Shown here: positions 35,739-47,831 of the stretch, piece after piece | Layout of the letters: each line of letters starts with the position of its first letter | How positions within the stretch are numbered: position 1 is the first letter of the stretch | Source of the DNA: an uncultured Gemmatimonadales bacterium | GTDB taxonomy: Bacteria > Gemmatimonadota > Gemmatimonadetes > Gemmatimonadales > GWC2-71-9 | NCBI GenBank assembly: GCA_963709905.1 | Contig: CAVPYI010000018.1 | Coordinates: 223,300-287,299, forward strand | Length of the DNA stretch: 64,000 bases | Reading direction: 5' to 3' | Notes under the pieces: generated by a model | The model's input: only the letters and a program-made list of their open reading frames with translations | Told to the model about the DNA's origin: nothing | Database searches by the model: none | Position numbers and translations under genes: made by a program

Positions 35739-37249
35739 CCACCCCCGTGCTGACCATGGCTGAAGCGACTCGCGACCGCACCCTTTTCGCGCCGCCCGTC
35801 CGGCGGAGCGGTCCGGTGCGTTCGGCGGCCGGGGCGATTGGTGCCGCGCCGGCGACCGGCTGGCGGATCGTGGATGCCGTGCTGGGTGTGGCCCTGCTCC
35901 TGATGATCGTAACCGTGGGGAACTCGGAGCAGATGCCGACCGGGGTGAAGGAACTCCTGGCCATGCGCCTCTCACTCAAGAACGTGCTGCTCCTCACGGC
36001 GTTTGGGGTGGCCTGGCCGCTCGTTCTCTGGGGCTGCGGACTCTACGAGCCCGCCCGGCTCCGGGACGGCCGGGGCGAGTGGCCCCGGCTCCTCCTCGCG
36101 AGCGTCATCGCCAGCTTCCTCGTGATGATCTTCCCGCTCACCAGCCAGAGCGGGGCGACCCAGCCGATTCACGCCCTGCTGTTCGCCGTGATGATCGCGC
36201 CATCGGCCGCCGTGATGCGGAGCGGCGTGCGTGTCGCCCGCTCCGTCACCAGGTCGGCCCCCGCCCGCCGGACCGTCATCGTGGGGAGCGGGCCGATCGC
36301 CGCCGAAATCTACCGCCGCTTCCACAGCAACCCGCTCGTCCGGCGCGAGGCGCTGGGCTTCGTGGATACCGACCCCCAGCCGTCACTCGTCGCCGCGGGG
36401 CTGCGGCACCTCGGCTCGGTCGGGCGCCTCGAGTTTCTCCTCATGCGCGAGATCGTGGACGAGGTGCTCATTGCCCTGCCGGTCAAGTCGCGGTACGAGG
36501 AGATCCAGCAAGCCATCGCCGCCTGCGGCCTCGTCGGAGTCCCGGCGACGTATCCGGCGCCGGTCTTCGCCGCCGGCCCCGGAACAGCCCGGATTGAGCG
36601 CCACGCCATGGCGACCGTCATGGCGCTCCCGCTGGTGCATGACGATGCCCGCCAGACCATCAAGCGCGCCCTCGACATCGCCGGCTCGGCCGGCCTGCTG
36701 CTCCTCCTGGCGCCGGTGTTCGCGCTGATCACGTTCGCGGTGCGGTGGACCAGCCCGGGACCCGCCCTTTTCCGCCAGGAGCGGTACGGCTTCAACAAGC
36801 GCCGCTTCCAGATGCTCAAGTTCCGCTCGATGGTGGACGGCGCGGAGGGCATGCAGGAGGAGATGGAGAGCCGGAACGAGGCCGCGGGGCCGATCTTCAA
36901 GATCAAGGCCGACCCGCGCATCACCCCGCTCGGCAGGTTTCTCCGGCGCTCCTCGCTCGACGAGCTCCCGCAGTTGTGGCACGTCCTCACTGGCGAGATG
37001 TCGCTGGTCGGGCCCCGCCCGATGTCGCTCCGGGACGTCTCGCGGTTCGAGGATCCCTGGCTCATGCGGCGCTTCAGCGTCCGCCCCGGCCTCACCTGCC
37101 TCTGGCAGGTCGGCGGGCGGAGCAATCTCTCCTTCGACCAGTGGATCGCGCTCGATCTCGAGTACGTGGACCGCTGGTCGCTGGCCCTCGATGTCACGCT
37201 CCTGCTCAAGACGATCCCCGTCGTGCTCAAGGGCACGGGCGCGCACTGA
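35735..37249 (+). CDS. Polyprenyl-phosphate glycosyl-1-phosphate transferase (bacterial sugar transferase, initiating enzyme)
   Basis: C-terminal PF02397-like region: FKIKADPRITPLGRFLRRSSLDELPQLWHVLTGEMSLVGPRP. Several N-terminal TM helices. GTGA overlap with the wzc-like stop. Confidence 0.9.
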   Translation: MTTPVLTMAEATRDRTLFAPPVRRSGPVRSAAGAIGAAPATGWRIVDAVLGVALLLMIVTVGNSEQMPTGVKELLAMRLSLKNVLLLTAFGVAWPLVLWGCGLYEPARLRDGRGEWPRLLLASVIASFLVMIFPLTSQSGATQPIHALLFAVMIAPSAAVMRSGVRVARSVTRSAPARRTVIVGSGPIAAEIYRRFHSNPLVRREALGFVDTDPQPSLVAAGLRHLGSVGRLEFLLMREIVDEVLIALPVKSRYEEIQQAIAACGLVGVPATYPAPVFAAGPGTARIERHAMATVMALPLVHDDARQTIKRALDIAGSAGLLLLLAPVFALITFAVRWTSPGPALFRQERYGFNKRRFQMLKFRSMVDGAEGMQEEMESRNEAAGPIFKIKADPRITPLGRFLRRSSLDELPQLWHVLTGEMSLVGPRPMSLRDVSRFEDPWLMRRFSVRPGLTCLWQVGGRSNLSFDQWIALDLEYVDRWSLALDVTLLLKTIPVVLKGTGAH

Positions 37250-37278
37250 GCGCAACCACTTGCTGATCGGCAGGTTCC

Positions 37279-38391
<1,113 letters not shown>

Positions 38392-38394
38392 CGG

Positions 38395-39657
38395 ATGGCC
38401 ACCATGAATCCGTCCCCGGTGCCGGGGGAGCCGCTCCGCATCCTGATGGTGCACAACTTCTACCAGGAACCGGGGGGAGAGGATCAGGTGTTCCGGGCCG
38501 AAAAAAAGCTGCTGGAGGATCACGGTCATGAGGTGATCACCTACACCGCACATAACGACGCCATCACCGACATGGGGAAGCTGGCGCTCCTCCGGGCGAC
38601 CTTCTGGAGCCGCGACGCTTACTCGGATCTCCGATCCGTCATCCGCCGGCGCCGGCCCCAGGTCATGCACGCCCACAACACCTTTCCGCTGATCTCCCCC
38701 TCGGCCTACGCGGCCGCGCGGGTCGAGGGCGTACCGGTGGTGCAAACCCTGCACAATTTCCGGCTGCTCTGCGCCAACGTGATGCTGCTCCGGAACGGGG
38801 CCGTCTGCGAGCGCTGCGTGGGCCGGGCCTTCGGCTGGCCCGCCATCCTCGGGCGCTGCTACCGGAGCAGCGCGACACAGAGCGCGGTCGTCTCCGGGAT
38901 GGTCTGGTATCACCGTGCGCGGCGCACCTGGGCTGAGGACGTGGATGTGTACGTCGCGCTGACCTCGTTTGCCCGGGACAAGTTCGTGGCGGGCGGCCTG
39001 CCGGCGGAGCGGATCGTGGTGAAACCCAACTTCGTCGAGGACGCGTGGGCCAACCTACCGCCCGACGCGCCGGGCGAGGAGGTGCTATTCGTCGGGCGAC
39101 TCGCGCCCGAGAAGGGCATCGCCACGATGCTCGCCGCCTGGCGCAGCTCGGCGGAGCTCCCAGTGCTCCGGCTCATCGGCGACGGGCCGATGCGGGACAC
39201 GGTCCTCGCCGCCGCCGCCACCGATCCGCGCATCGTCTGGGTGGGACAGCAGTCGCCGGAGCTGGTCCGGCAGGCCATGCGCCGCTCCGCCGTGCTCCTG
39301 GTGCCGTCACTCTGCTACGAAGGCGCTCCGCTGGTCATCGTCGAAGCCTTCTCCGCAGGACTCCCCATCATCGGAAGCGCCCACGGGGCGCCTGGCGCGC
39401 AGATCGAAGCCGGGATCACCGGCCTGCACCATCGGCCCGGCGATGCGGAGGATCTCGCGCAGCTGGTCCGCTGGAGCCAGACGCACCCGGACGTGATGTC
39501 CGCCATGCGGGTCCAAGCCCGGAAGGAGTACCTCGAAGCGTACAGCACCGCCGCCAACTACCGGATGCTGCTCGACCTTTACGCGCGCGCCCGTCGAGCC
39601 GTCCGGGTTCGCGCGACGGCCGCCCCGGTCCCCGAACTCACCGCGAGGTCCCCATGA
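38395..39657 (+). CDS. Glycosyltransferase family 4 (GT-B)
   Basis: [17 protein letters not shown] at the N-terminus. GRLAPEKG and the E-x7-E region ([19 protein letters not shown]). Confidence 0.85.
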   Translation: MATMNPSPVPGEPLRILMVHNFYQEPGGEDQVFRAEKKLLEDHGHEVITYTAHNDAITDMGKLALLRATFWSRDAYSDLRSVIRRRRPQVMHAHNTFPLISPSAYAAARVEGVPVVQTLHNFRLLCANVMLLRNGAVCERCVGRAFGWPAILGRCYRSSATQSAVVSGMVWYHRARRTWAEDVDVYVALTSFARDKFVAGGLPAERIVVKPNFVEDAWANLPPDAPGEEVLFVGRLAPEKGIATMLAAWRSSAELPVLRLIGDGPMRDTVLAAAATDPRIVWVGQQSPELVRQAMRRSAVLLVPSLCYEGAPLVIVEAFSAGLPIIGSAHGAPGAQIEAGITGLHHRPGDAEDLAQLVRWSQTHPDVMSAMRVQARKEYLEAYSTAANYRMLLDLYARARRAVRVRATAAPVPELTARSP

Positions 39658-40376
39658 CCGCGCCACCCACCGGCGCACCGACGCCATCCTACGGCGTCGT
39701 GGACCACTATCTTGGCGACAAGGGCGACGCGTATTTCACCTGGCAGCGCCGGCCGGGCTTGCTCCAGGGATTCTGGAACCGGCACCTCTGGTCGCCCTAT
39801 ATCCGCTGGTGCGATGATGTCCTCGACTTCGGGTGCGGGGGCGGCTTCCTGCTGCACGTCCTCGAGGCGCGATCCAGAGTCGGGGTGGAAATCAATCCGC
39901 ACGCTGCGGCGTCCGCCCGGGCGCTGGGGATCACCACCTACGCGACCGTTGCCGAGGTGCCGGGCACCTTCGACCGGATCATCACCAGCCATGTGCTCGA
40001 GCACATTCCGAATCCCCGGCAGGCCCTCATCGAACTGCGGGAGAAGCTCCGCGACGGCGACAGCCGGCTGCTGGTGCTGCTGCCGCTCGACGACTGGCGC
40101 AATCGCGCGAACCGGCGCTACACCCGGACCGACCGGAGCATGCATCTGCAGACCTGGACGCCGCAGACGCTGGGCAATCTGCTGTCCTCGTCCGGTCTCG
40201 AGGTGCTCGACGTCCGCGTGGTGCGGGAGGCGTGGCCCCCTGGAGCAAGCCTCCTCTGGAAGCTCAGCCCGAGACTCTTCCGGGTCTGTTCCTTCATGTA
40301 CGCGATCGCCGCGCGGCGCTTTCAGCTCTTCGCGGTGTGCCGCCACTCCGGCCCGGGGCCTGACAGAGCGCGCTGA
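39654..40376 (+). CDS. Class I SAM-dependent methyltransferase
   Basis: Motif I VLDFGCGGGFLL. Internal Met start overlaps the GT4 stop (ATGA). Confidence 0.8.
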   Translation: MTAPPTGAPTPSYGVVDHYLGDKGDAYFTWQRRPGLLQGFWNRHLWSPYIRWCDDVLDFGCGGGFLLHVLEARSRVGVEINPHAAASARALGITTYATVAEVPGTFDRIITSHVLEHIPNPRQALIELREKLRDGDSRLLVLLPLDDWRNRANRRYTRTDRSMHLQTWTPQTLGNLLSSSGLEVLDVRVVREAWPPGASLLWKLSPRLFRVCSFMYAIAARRFQLFAVCRHSGPGPDRAR

Positions 40377-41809
40377 TGGCCCTCTTCGCTACCACGGCGA
40401 TCCCGGTCCGGTCCGCCACCTTCGTGGGGACGGCCGTCCGTCCGCGTCTCAGCACGTCCGCGCATCCCTATCGAGCCACCGATATCGTGGTGACGCTCAT
40501 CGGGGTGCTGCTGCTCTTCTCGACGGTTCAGACCTTCGGCCCGGATCGCGGCACGATCGGGAGCACCGCGGCCATGGATCCCCTCTCGATCATCAAGATG
40601 AGCGTCCGGCTGGTTGCGCTCGGCGCATCCTGGTATCTCTGGCGAAACTCGCCCGGGACGCTCCGCGCCAACCTGTCGAGTCCGACGGTCTGGTTCCTCG
40701 CCTTCTTCGGGTTCGCGACCCTGACGGCGTTCATCTCCGCCAATCCGTTCATCTCCGCCAGCCGGGCGATCAGTTTTGCGATCGTGCTCGTCTTTGGCAC
40801 CACCGTGGCCGCAGTGTATGCCCGGCAGGGGAGGCAAGCGGTCTACTGGCGCGGGGTCTGCCTGCTTCTTTTGTTGACGGGGGTACCGCTCTTCGCGGTC
40901 GTGATCCTGCTCGGGCCGAGCATTGCCTCCTACGACACCATCGCCCGCCTTGGCGGCATCTATCAACCCAACCAGCTCGGGGCCTTCGCCGGTCTCGTCC
41001 TGCTGACCTGCATCATGTGCCTCCTCCGGCGTCGGCTCCGCGTGCTCTCCGCCTGCTTGCTGCCGTTTGCCTCGTACATCGCCCTGTACACGCTGTCGCG
41101 CGGCTCGTGGATCGCGATCGCCGTCGGACTCCTCGCCGCCTGGTGGTCGGTCCGGCGGCTCCGGATCCGGACCGTGCCGGTGCTCGGCCTCCTCCTGTGC
41201 ACCGGTCTGCTCGGGGTCGAGACCGGTGCCCTGGATGCCAGCCGCGGCCTCTTCGCCGTCGTTCGGCGGGGGCAGAGCGCGAGCGAACTCCTGAGCGGAA
41301 CCGGCCGGACCGGCCTCTACACCTACCTGCTCGAGCGGCAGTTCCCGAAACGCCCCATCCTGGGCTTCGGCTACCAGATGCTTTCTGACGAGGATGTCGC
41401 GGGGGATGCCACACCCTCGGAAACCGCGATCGCCCGTGAACTCGGCTGGCCCGCGGAGCAAGGACACAACCTTTTTCTCAGCACGCTCATCGGCACCGGC
41501 CTCGTCGGGTTGAGTCTCTTTCTCGTTGCCCTCGGGACCCTGCTCTGGCGCACGAACCGCTCCGCCCGATCAGGCGATCCGATCGCCGGTGAGCAGCTCG
41601 TCCTCCTGGCCGCCATCCTGGCCCATGCGATGGTGGATACCACCCTCGTCACCGGCGTCGACCACGCCTTCATCGTCATGAGCGCCATCGCGGGGTTCGC
41701 CACGGCGCGCGTCGCGCTGGCGCGCCGTCCGGCCGGTCCGCCCACCGCACCACTCCTGAGGACCCAGCGATCGTGGGCGCCCTATGCCGCCCGGAGCGCC
41801 CGCGTCTGA
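40376..41809 (+). CDS. O-antigen ligase/polymerase-like membrane protein (Wzy_C family)
   Basis: About 10-12 TM helices. LYTLSRGSWIAIAVGLL motif and a periplasmic loop with HN.FL (EQGHNLFLSTLIGTG). Confidence 0.8.
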   Translation: MALFATTAIPVRSATFVGTAVRPRLSTSAHPYRATDIVVTLIGVLLLFSTVQTFGPDRGTIGSTAAMDPLSIIKMSVRLVALGASWYLWRNSPGTLRANLSSPTVWFLAFFGFATLTAFISANPFISASRAISFAIVLVFGTTVAAVYARQGRQAVYWRGVCLLLLLTGVPLFAVVILLGPSIASYDTIARLGGIYQPNQLGAFAGLVLLTCIMCLLRRRLRVLSACLLPFASYIALYTLSRGSWIAIAVGLLAAWWSVRRLRIRTVPVLGLLLCTGLLGVETGALDASRGLFAVVRRGQSASELLSGTGRTGLYTYLLERQFPKRPILGFGYQMLSDEDVAGDATPSETAIARELGWPAEQGHNLFLSTLIGTGLVGLSLFLVALGTLLWRTNRSARSGDPIAGEQLVLLAAILAHAMVDTTLVTGVDHAFIVMSAIAGFATARVALARRPAGPPTAPLLRTQRSWAPYAARSARV

Positions 41810-42630
41810 TGCCGCACCTCGCGCAGTACGAAGCCCGCAAACGGAATGTGCTCGGCGTGATGGTTACAGCCATCGAGCCGGTGCCAGCCGTGGCCGCAAT
41901 CCTCGATGCTGCCCGTGAACATCGCGGCCTCAGCGTCACCGCGACCGCAGTCCATGGGCTGATGGCCGGCGTGGAGGACACCGAGCATCGCTATCGGCTG
42001 AACCACTTCGACATGGTGCTCCCGGACGGTCAGCCGCTGCGCTGGGCGTTGAACCTGCTACATGGCTGCCGGCTCCGGGAGCGTGTCGCCGGTCCCGATC
42101 TGATGTGGAGAGTCTGCGAGGGGGCTGCCCTGGAGGGGCTGCCGGTCTACTTCTACGGGAGCACCCCCGAAACGCTCCGGAAGCTCACCGGGCAGCTCAA
42201 GCAGCGGCTGAAGACGCTGATCATCGCGGGTACCACGCCGTCGCGATTCCGCCGCCAGTCGCAGGAGGAGGTGGAGGCCGCAGCCTCCACCATTCGCGGC
42301 AGCGGCGCCGCGCTGGTGCTGGTGGGGCTCGGCTGTCCCCGGCAGGAGGTCTGGACCTACGAGAACCGGGATCTCCTCGGGCTCCCGGCGGTCGCGGTCG
42401 GGGCGGCGTTCGACTTTCACGCGGGAACCATCCCTCGGGCCCCGAAGATCCTGGGGCGCCTTGGTCTCGAGTGGGTGTTTCGCCTGGTGCTGGAACCACG
42501 CAGGCTCTGGCGCCGCTACCTGCGCCTCAATCCGCTCTTTCTCGGGCTGCTCGCCCTGCAGGTCATCGGCATCCGCCACTTCAGTCCGGCGGGGTCGCAC
42601 GCGCCCCTGGAGCTGCGGAGATACGGATGA
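41809..42630 (+). CDS. WecB/TagA/CpsF-family glycosyltransferase
   Basis: VLGVMVTAIE, LPDGQPLRWA and LVLVGLGCPRQEVW are typical of the family. Start inferred at the Met adjoining the previous stop. Confidence 0.85.
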   Translation: MPHLAQYEARKRNVLGVMVTAIEPVPAVAAILDAAREHRGLSVTATAVHGLMAGVEDTEHRYRLNHFDMVLPDGQPLRWALNLLHGCRLRERVAGPDLMWRVCEGAALEGLPVYFYGSTPETLRKLTGQLKQRLKTLIIAGTTPSRFRRQSQEEVEAAASTIRGSGAALVLVGLGCPRQEVWTYENRDLLGLPAVAVGAAFDFHAGTIPRAPKILGRLGLEWVFRLVLEPRRLWRRYLRLNPLFLGLLALQVIGIRHFSPAGSHAPLELRRYG

Positions 42631-43983
42631 GCGCCGCCACCCAGCCGGCGGCCGCCAAGTCCGCGACCGATACCTGGACGGCGCTCGCCGACCAGGGCCT
42701 GTACAGCGCGACGTCTTTCATCAGCACGATGCTCATCGCGCGGAACGCCTCCGTGCAGGACCTCGGCTGGTACAGTGCCGGTATCTCCCTCCTGATTACC
42801 GCCGTCGGGTTCATGAGCAGCTTCGTGGCGATCCCCCTGATGCTAACCATCCAGGCTTCGACGCCGCAGGAGCGGGAACATCACCTCGTGGGGGGCCTCG
42901 GCGCGAGCGTCGCCATGGGTGGCATCGTCGCGGTCGGGATGCTGGTCGCCGTCCCGGTCGCGACGCTCTGGAATGGCACGCCGGCACGGCTCGATACCTG
43001 GCTCCTCGTGATGGCGGCGGTCGCCGTTCCGATGGTGGTACGGGAGTACGCCCGGCAGATGGCCTTCGCCCAGCCGGGATTGCCCGGCCTCGGGGTCATG
43101 GATGCGGCCTACTCCACCGTGGCCCTTGGTGGCCTTGGCCTCCTGGTCCACTGGGGGCGGCTCGATGCCAGCCGCGGACTCGCCGTGGTGGGTGGCGCGG
43201 CGCTCGTCAGCGTGATCACGTGGTGGATCGCCACCCGCCCGATCGTGGAGTGGGCCGCGGTCGTGGATGCTCCCCGATTCCGCGAAGAGTCATCTCCGCA
43301 TGAGCCGGTGGCTCTGCGGGGCCAGCGTGCTCTATGCCTGCAGCATCTCCGCGGTCCCCTGGCTGCTCGGGTTGCTCGCGTCGTCGGCGTCGGTCGGCGT
43401 CTTCGCCGCCTATGCGACCATCGCGGGCGTCCTCAACCCGCTCCTGCTGGTCGGGAGCAACCTGACCGCACCGCGCACCGCCCGGGCGGCGGCGGGTGAG
43501 TCGAAGCGGGCCGTGCGCCGAGTGGCGTTGACCGCCTCTACGCTGCTCGGGATAGGACTCTGCATCGTCGCCATCGGACTCGGGCTGGGAGAACGCACCC
43601 TCGTCCCGATGCTCTTCGGCGCCCAATTCCACACCGCGCCATTGGTCCTCTGGATCCTCGTCGGATCCGCCGTCTGTGAGGCGCTGGGGATCGGGGCGTT
43701 CTGGGGGCTCCACTCCATGGGCGAGAGCCGGCTGGCGTTCTGGGCCCGTGCCGCCGCGGTCGTCCTCGCACTCCCCCTCGGCGGCTGGGCCATTCTCCGA
43801 CTCGGCGTGGTCGGGGCCGCCGGGCTCATGCTCGGGCTCCGTGCCCTGAACGCCCTGTTCAACTGGATGCTCTTCCTGGACGTCTCCCATCCCGCACGCG
43901 TGAACAGCACGGAACCGCGTCCGATGACCCCGTCGATCATCGAACAGCAGCTCGTCGCTTTTAGCCCGGAAGGGGCCCAATGA
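42627..43983 (+). pseudogene. Wzx-like oligosaccharide flippase with one frameshift (about 43240-43290)
   Basis: The N-terminal 6-7 TM segments are in the frame of ORF 42105..43499 (from MSAATQPAAAKS...). The C-terminal TM segments are in ORF 43267..43983 (SHLRMSRWLCGASVLYACSISAVPWLLG...). The frames differ by +1. Confidence 0.65.
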
Positions 43984-45155
43984 GCGCACCGGTCGAGTCC
44001 CCCCGTGTTGCCTTGCTGACCAATCTCGTGGCGCCCTACCGGGTGGCGCTCTACGACGAGATCGCGCGCTACCTCGAGCTGGAGGTGCTCTTCTCCGGGC
44101 ACGAGGACAACCGCACCGGGTGGGAAGGCGCCGATCGGGGCTTGAAGCGCGCGCACGCTCGCCGGGTCTGGGGGTGGGTGCTGAAACTCAAGCGGCCCGC
44201 GAACGAGAACCCCGCCAAGGAGGGTGCCGAGCCCTTCGACGTGCGGTACCTGCACATCTCCCCGGGGTACTGGCGCGATCTCCGGCGCTTCCGACCCGAT
44301 GCGATCGTGACCACCGAGATGGGAGCGCGAACGCTGGTCGCACTCGCCTATGGGTTCTTCGCCAGGATTCCGGTCTGGGTCATGATCGAGAGCTCGCTCC
44401 ATACCGTCCGCAACACCGGCCGCCTGCGCGCGTTTGTCCGGCGCGTGATCGCCCGCCGAGCCCGCCGCTGGTTCGCCGTGGGCACCTGTGCGATGGAGTA
44501 TCTCAGCTCGCTGCGTGTGCCGCGGGGGCAGGTGATCGTGATCCAGAATACCGTGGATGAGCGCCCCTTCCGCGCCGCCCGGCGACTTTCTCCGGTCATC
44601 CATCCGAAGCCCCTGGCGCTCTGCGTGGGTCAGCTCGTCCCGCGGAAGGGGGTGGGGCTCCTGCTCGAGGCGCTGGCCGCGCTCTCCGCGCGGGGCATCG
44701 ATATGGAGCTACGCATCGCCGGTGATGGTCCGGAACGGCGGCGGCTGGAGGCGCGGGCGAGGGAACTGGAGCTGCATGATGTGCATTTCCTCGGTCATCG
44801 GACCACCAGCGAAATCGCCGTGCTCTTCGCGCGGTCCGACTTCCTGGTGTTCCCGACCCTCGAGGATGTCTGGGGGCTGGTGGTGAACGAGGCCCTCTGG
44901 GCGGGCCTGCCGGTGCTCGCCTCGCGGTACGCGGGGTGTGCGCAGGAACTCCTCCCAGCCGAAAACATCTTCGATCCGCTCGACCAGGAGGGATTCGTCG
45001 CGGCACTGCAGCGGGCGGCTGTCGAAGGCCTCGCCCCTGCCGACGAGACGCCGCTCTGGACCACGGCGATGGCGGCCCGTCGCGTCGCCGAGACCCTGCT
45101 CGCGACCCTCGGGGCGCCGGTGCCACGGCCGCTCGACGAGGTGGCCCGGCCATGA
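43980..45155 (+). CDS. Glycosyltransferase family 4 (GT-B)
   Basis: GQLVPRKGV, GDGPERRRLE and the E-x7-E region (LEDVWGLVVNEALWAGLPVL). ATGA overlap with the flippase stop. Confidence 0.85.
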   Translation: MSAPVESPRVALLTNLVAPYRVALYDEIARYLELEVLFSGHEDNRTGWEGADRGLKRAHARRVWGWVLKLKRPANENPAKEGAEPFDVRYLHISPGYWRDLRRFRPDAIVTTEMGARTLVALAYGFFARIPVWVMIESSLHTVRNTGRLRAFVRRVIARRARRWFAVGTCAMEYLSSLRVPRGQVIVIQNTVDERPFRAARRLSPVIHPKPLALCVGQLVPRKGVGLLLEALAALSARGIDMELRIAGDGPERRRLEARARELELHDVHFLGHRTTSEIAVLFARSDFLVFPTLEDVWGLVVNEALWAGLPVLASRYAGCAQELLPAENIFDPLDQEGFVAALQRAAVEGLAPADETPLWTTAMAARRVAETLLATLGAPVPRPLDEVARP

Positions 45156-46357
45156 GCCGGACGGCGGCCGCTCCCAGACGACCCTCTCTCGGCGCGCTGA
45201 CGGGCCTCCGGTTCGTCGCCGCCGCCCAGGTCGTGCTGTTCCACTCGATGGGGCCGCGACTTGACCAGATGCCCCACTGGCTCGCGAGCCTGGTGGGGGC
45301 CGGATACACGGGAGTGAGTCTCTTCTTCGTGCTCTCCGGCTTCGTGCTTGCGTACAATTACCTCACCCCGGGAGGGGGAGGCGTGAAGAAGACCGGGGAT
45401 TTCTTCGCGGCCCGCGTGGCCCGCATCTATCCGGTCTACCTGGTCGGGGTGCTCCTGGCCCTGCCCGGCCTCGGGCTGCGGCTCCTCCGTGTGCACGGCG
45501 CCGGGGACGCGCTCTTCAGCGGTGCACCGGTCGTCCTCTCGGCGCTCACGCTCACCCAGTCCTGGATTCCCTCCTACGCCTGCCAGGTCAACTGTCCCGG
45601 CTGGTCGCTCTCGGTGGAGGCATTCTTCTACCTGATGTTTCCGCTGATTGCCTACCTGCTGACCCCCCGGTCGAACGCCAGCCTTTTCCCCATCGTCCTC
45701 TGCTGCTGGGCCGCTTCGTTGTTGATGGGATGGGCGTACGTGCACCTCGATCCCGATGCACTCGGCGCGGCGACACCGCTCTCGGACGGCTTCTGGCTCA
45801 ATGCGCTCAAGTACAATCCGCTGGTGCGGCTGCCGGAGTTCATGATCGGGATGAGTCTGGGGCTGGCCTTCCTGCGCGCCCCGGATGTGCTCCGCGGCCA
45901 GTCGCGTCGGATCGCGCCGGCGGCGCTGGGGATCGTGCTCGTCCTGCTGGTGGTCAGTCGGTGGCTACCGTATCCGGTCCTGAACAACGGGCTCCTGCTC
46001 GGGCCGTTCGCCCTCCTGATCCTGGCCCTGGCGGCGGGGAGCGGAATCCTCGCGGGATTCCTCTCCTCACCACCGATGCTGCTGCTGGGCGAGGCGAGCT
46101 ACGCCCTCTACATTCTGCACGTGCCGATTCACTCCATCCTCCGGCGGCTCGTCCCGCCCGCCGGACCGCTGGCCGAGACATCGACGGGGTTCCTGATCGT
46201 CTATCTGCTCGTGTCGGTGCTGGTCGCGGTCCTGGTGCTTAGGTGGCTGGAGGAGCCCGCCCGCGTGGTGCTCCGGAAGCGGCTGGTGCAGTGGATGGAC
46301 ACCAGGCGGCGGGGTGCGCCTCAGGGGGCGAGGGAGAATGTCCCGGCCACGTCCTGA
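45152..46357 (+). CDS. Acyltransferase family 3 membrane protein (O-acyltransferase)
   Basis: LTGLRFVAAAQVVLFHS and GVSLFFVLSGFVLAYNY. Multi-TM. Start overlaps the previous stop (ATGA). Confidence 0.85.
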   Translation: MSRTAAAPRRPSLGALTGLRFVAAAQVVLFHSMGPRLDQMPHWLASLVGAGYTGVSLFFVLSGFVLAYNYLTPGGGGVKKTGDFFAARVARIYPVYLVGVLLALPGLGLRLLRVHGAGDALFSGAPVVLSALTLTQSWIPSYACQVNCPGWSLSVEAFFYLMFPLIAYLLTPRSNASLFPIVLCCWAASLLMGWAYVHLDPDALGAATPLSDGFWLNALKYNPLVRLPEFMIGMSLGLAFLRAPDVLRGQSRRIAPAALGIVLVLLVVSRWLPYPVLNNGLLLGPFALLILALAAGSGILAGFLSSPPMLLLGEASYALYILHVPIHSILRRLVPPAGPLAETSTGFLIVYLLVSVLVAVLVLRWLEEPARVVLRKRLVQWMDTRRRGAPQGARENVPATS

Positions 46358-47596
46358 CCTGCCGCGACCCACTGCGCCGACGTCAGCAGCCTGTTGTCCC
46401 AGGCGAAGGGCTGGGTGTTCGCCGCGGCGATAATGTACTGGTTGGCCGCGAAGCGGTTGTTCCACGCCGTGAACATGTCCAGGCTCAGGTCGAGATTCTG
46501 GGCCATGCCCGTGAGGCCCACCGTCATGGTGATGACATTGTCATGGATGTAGTTGTTCCGGGTGTTCCACGGTCCGTACGGCCGGGGCAGCGAATCCTCA
46601 TACGGCGTCGCGGGGCGCGCTTGATGATACGCCGTGATCCCCTGCCGGTTGTTGGTGACCGTGTTGCCGTAGATCTCGACGTCCGAGGAGTTCGCGAGCA
46701 TGATCCCCGCGCCCAGCACCCAGGCGGGCTCAGCCTGCGCGAAGCCGTTCCGGAGCACGGTGTTGTTCCGGATGATCGCCTTGTAGCTGATCTCGTAGAA
46801 GATCCCGGCGTAGGCGTTGTCCTCGACCCGGTTATTCTCGTACAGCGTGTTGTAGCTCGAGATGTCCGACCACAACCCCATCCCGTTGTTGTGGTGGACG
46901 TAGTTCCCGCGGACCACGAGATCGTGGGTGAGGACGAACTTCGCGCCCCCCGCCTCCCACCCCGGGTCGGTGCCACCGGTATTGTTGTACGAGATCTCGT
47001 TGTCGGCCACCAGCGTTCCATCGCCGACGCCGCTGATCCCGATCTGGCCGTTGTGGTGGACGAAGTTGTGGAGCACCTGGGTATGCGAGCCGATGCGGAT
47101 GCCCCCCGCGGCGTTGGCCGTGACCTCGTTATCCTTGATGATCCAGCCATTGGTCACCGCACCCTGGTTCCACATGTGCCCGGCCAGAATCGCGGCGCTC
47201 TGCAGCGGCCCGTTGTATCCCCGGATCACGAGTCCCTGGATGGTGACGTTCTTCGGGTAGGGCGGGCCGCTGGTCACGCCGTCAATGGCATACGGCACGG
47301 CATTGCCACCATCGAGGATGGCGCCCGGCTCCCCGATAAACGCGTCGCCGTCCTTCGGGTGAATGGCTTGGCCCATATGCAGGCCGGCCTTGATCAGGAA
47401 ATGGGTGCCGCGCCGGCGCCGAATCCACCTTGAGCTGGATGTTGTCGCCGGGGTACACCACGACCGTGGGAGGCGGATCCATCCCGCCTTCCGTCGGCTG
47501 AGTCCCATTACAGGCGAGCATGGTCCAGACCCCAGCCAGGAGCCCGATCATGGGGGCGGCCGCCGGTGTCCGCAGGTCCATGGTGGTCTGTGGCAT
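46321..47596 (-). pseudogene. Right-handed parallel beta-helix lipoprotein (polysaccharide lyase/hydrolase-like) with one frameshift near 47410
   Basis: The signal/lipobox and first strand (MIGLLAGVWTMLACNG...VVVYPGDNIQLKVDSAPA) are in ORF 47282..47596. The rest (GTHFLIKAGLH..., NNGMGLWSDISSYN, repeated N/G-rich beta-helix turns) is in ORF 46321..47508. One extra base in gcgcggc joins them. Confidence 0.7.
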
Positions 47597-47831
47597 CGCA
47601 TCCCTCAGTTTTGCGCCCGTAGACCTGCCAGATGCCCCGGCGGGTCGTTGAATCGAGGCAGGTCAACAGCAGCATCGGCCAATGCTCCGGGAAATGCAAG
47701 CGCCGAGTTCTCAGGAAGCCCTTGGCACAGGTCCTCGCGAGCAGGGTGCACTATCCGCTCAGTGACCCACATCACCCTGCTTCCATACTGTGATCCTGTC
47801 AGATCATGCGAATCGCCGGGAAGAAACGCTC

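Noticed and set aside
47723-47738. Sigma-54-like element tggcacaggtcctcgc between the beta-helix and ArnT-like genes.
   Set aside because: The GG-to-GC spacing is off by one from TGGCAC-N5-TTGC and the -12 TTGC is absent.
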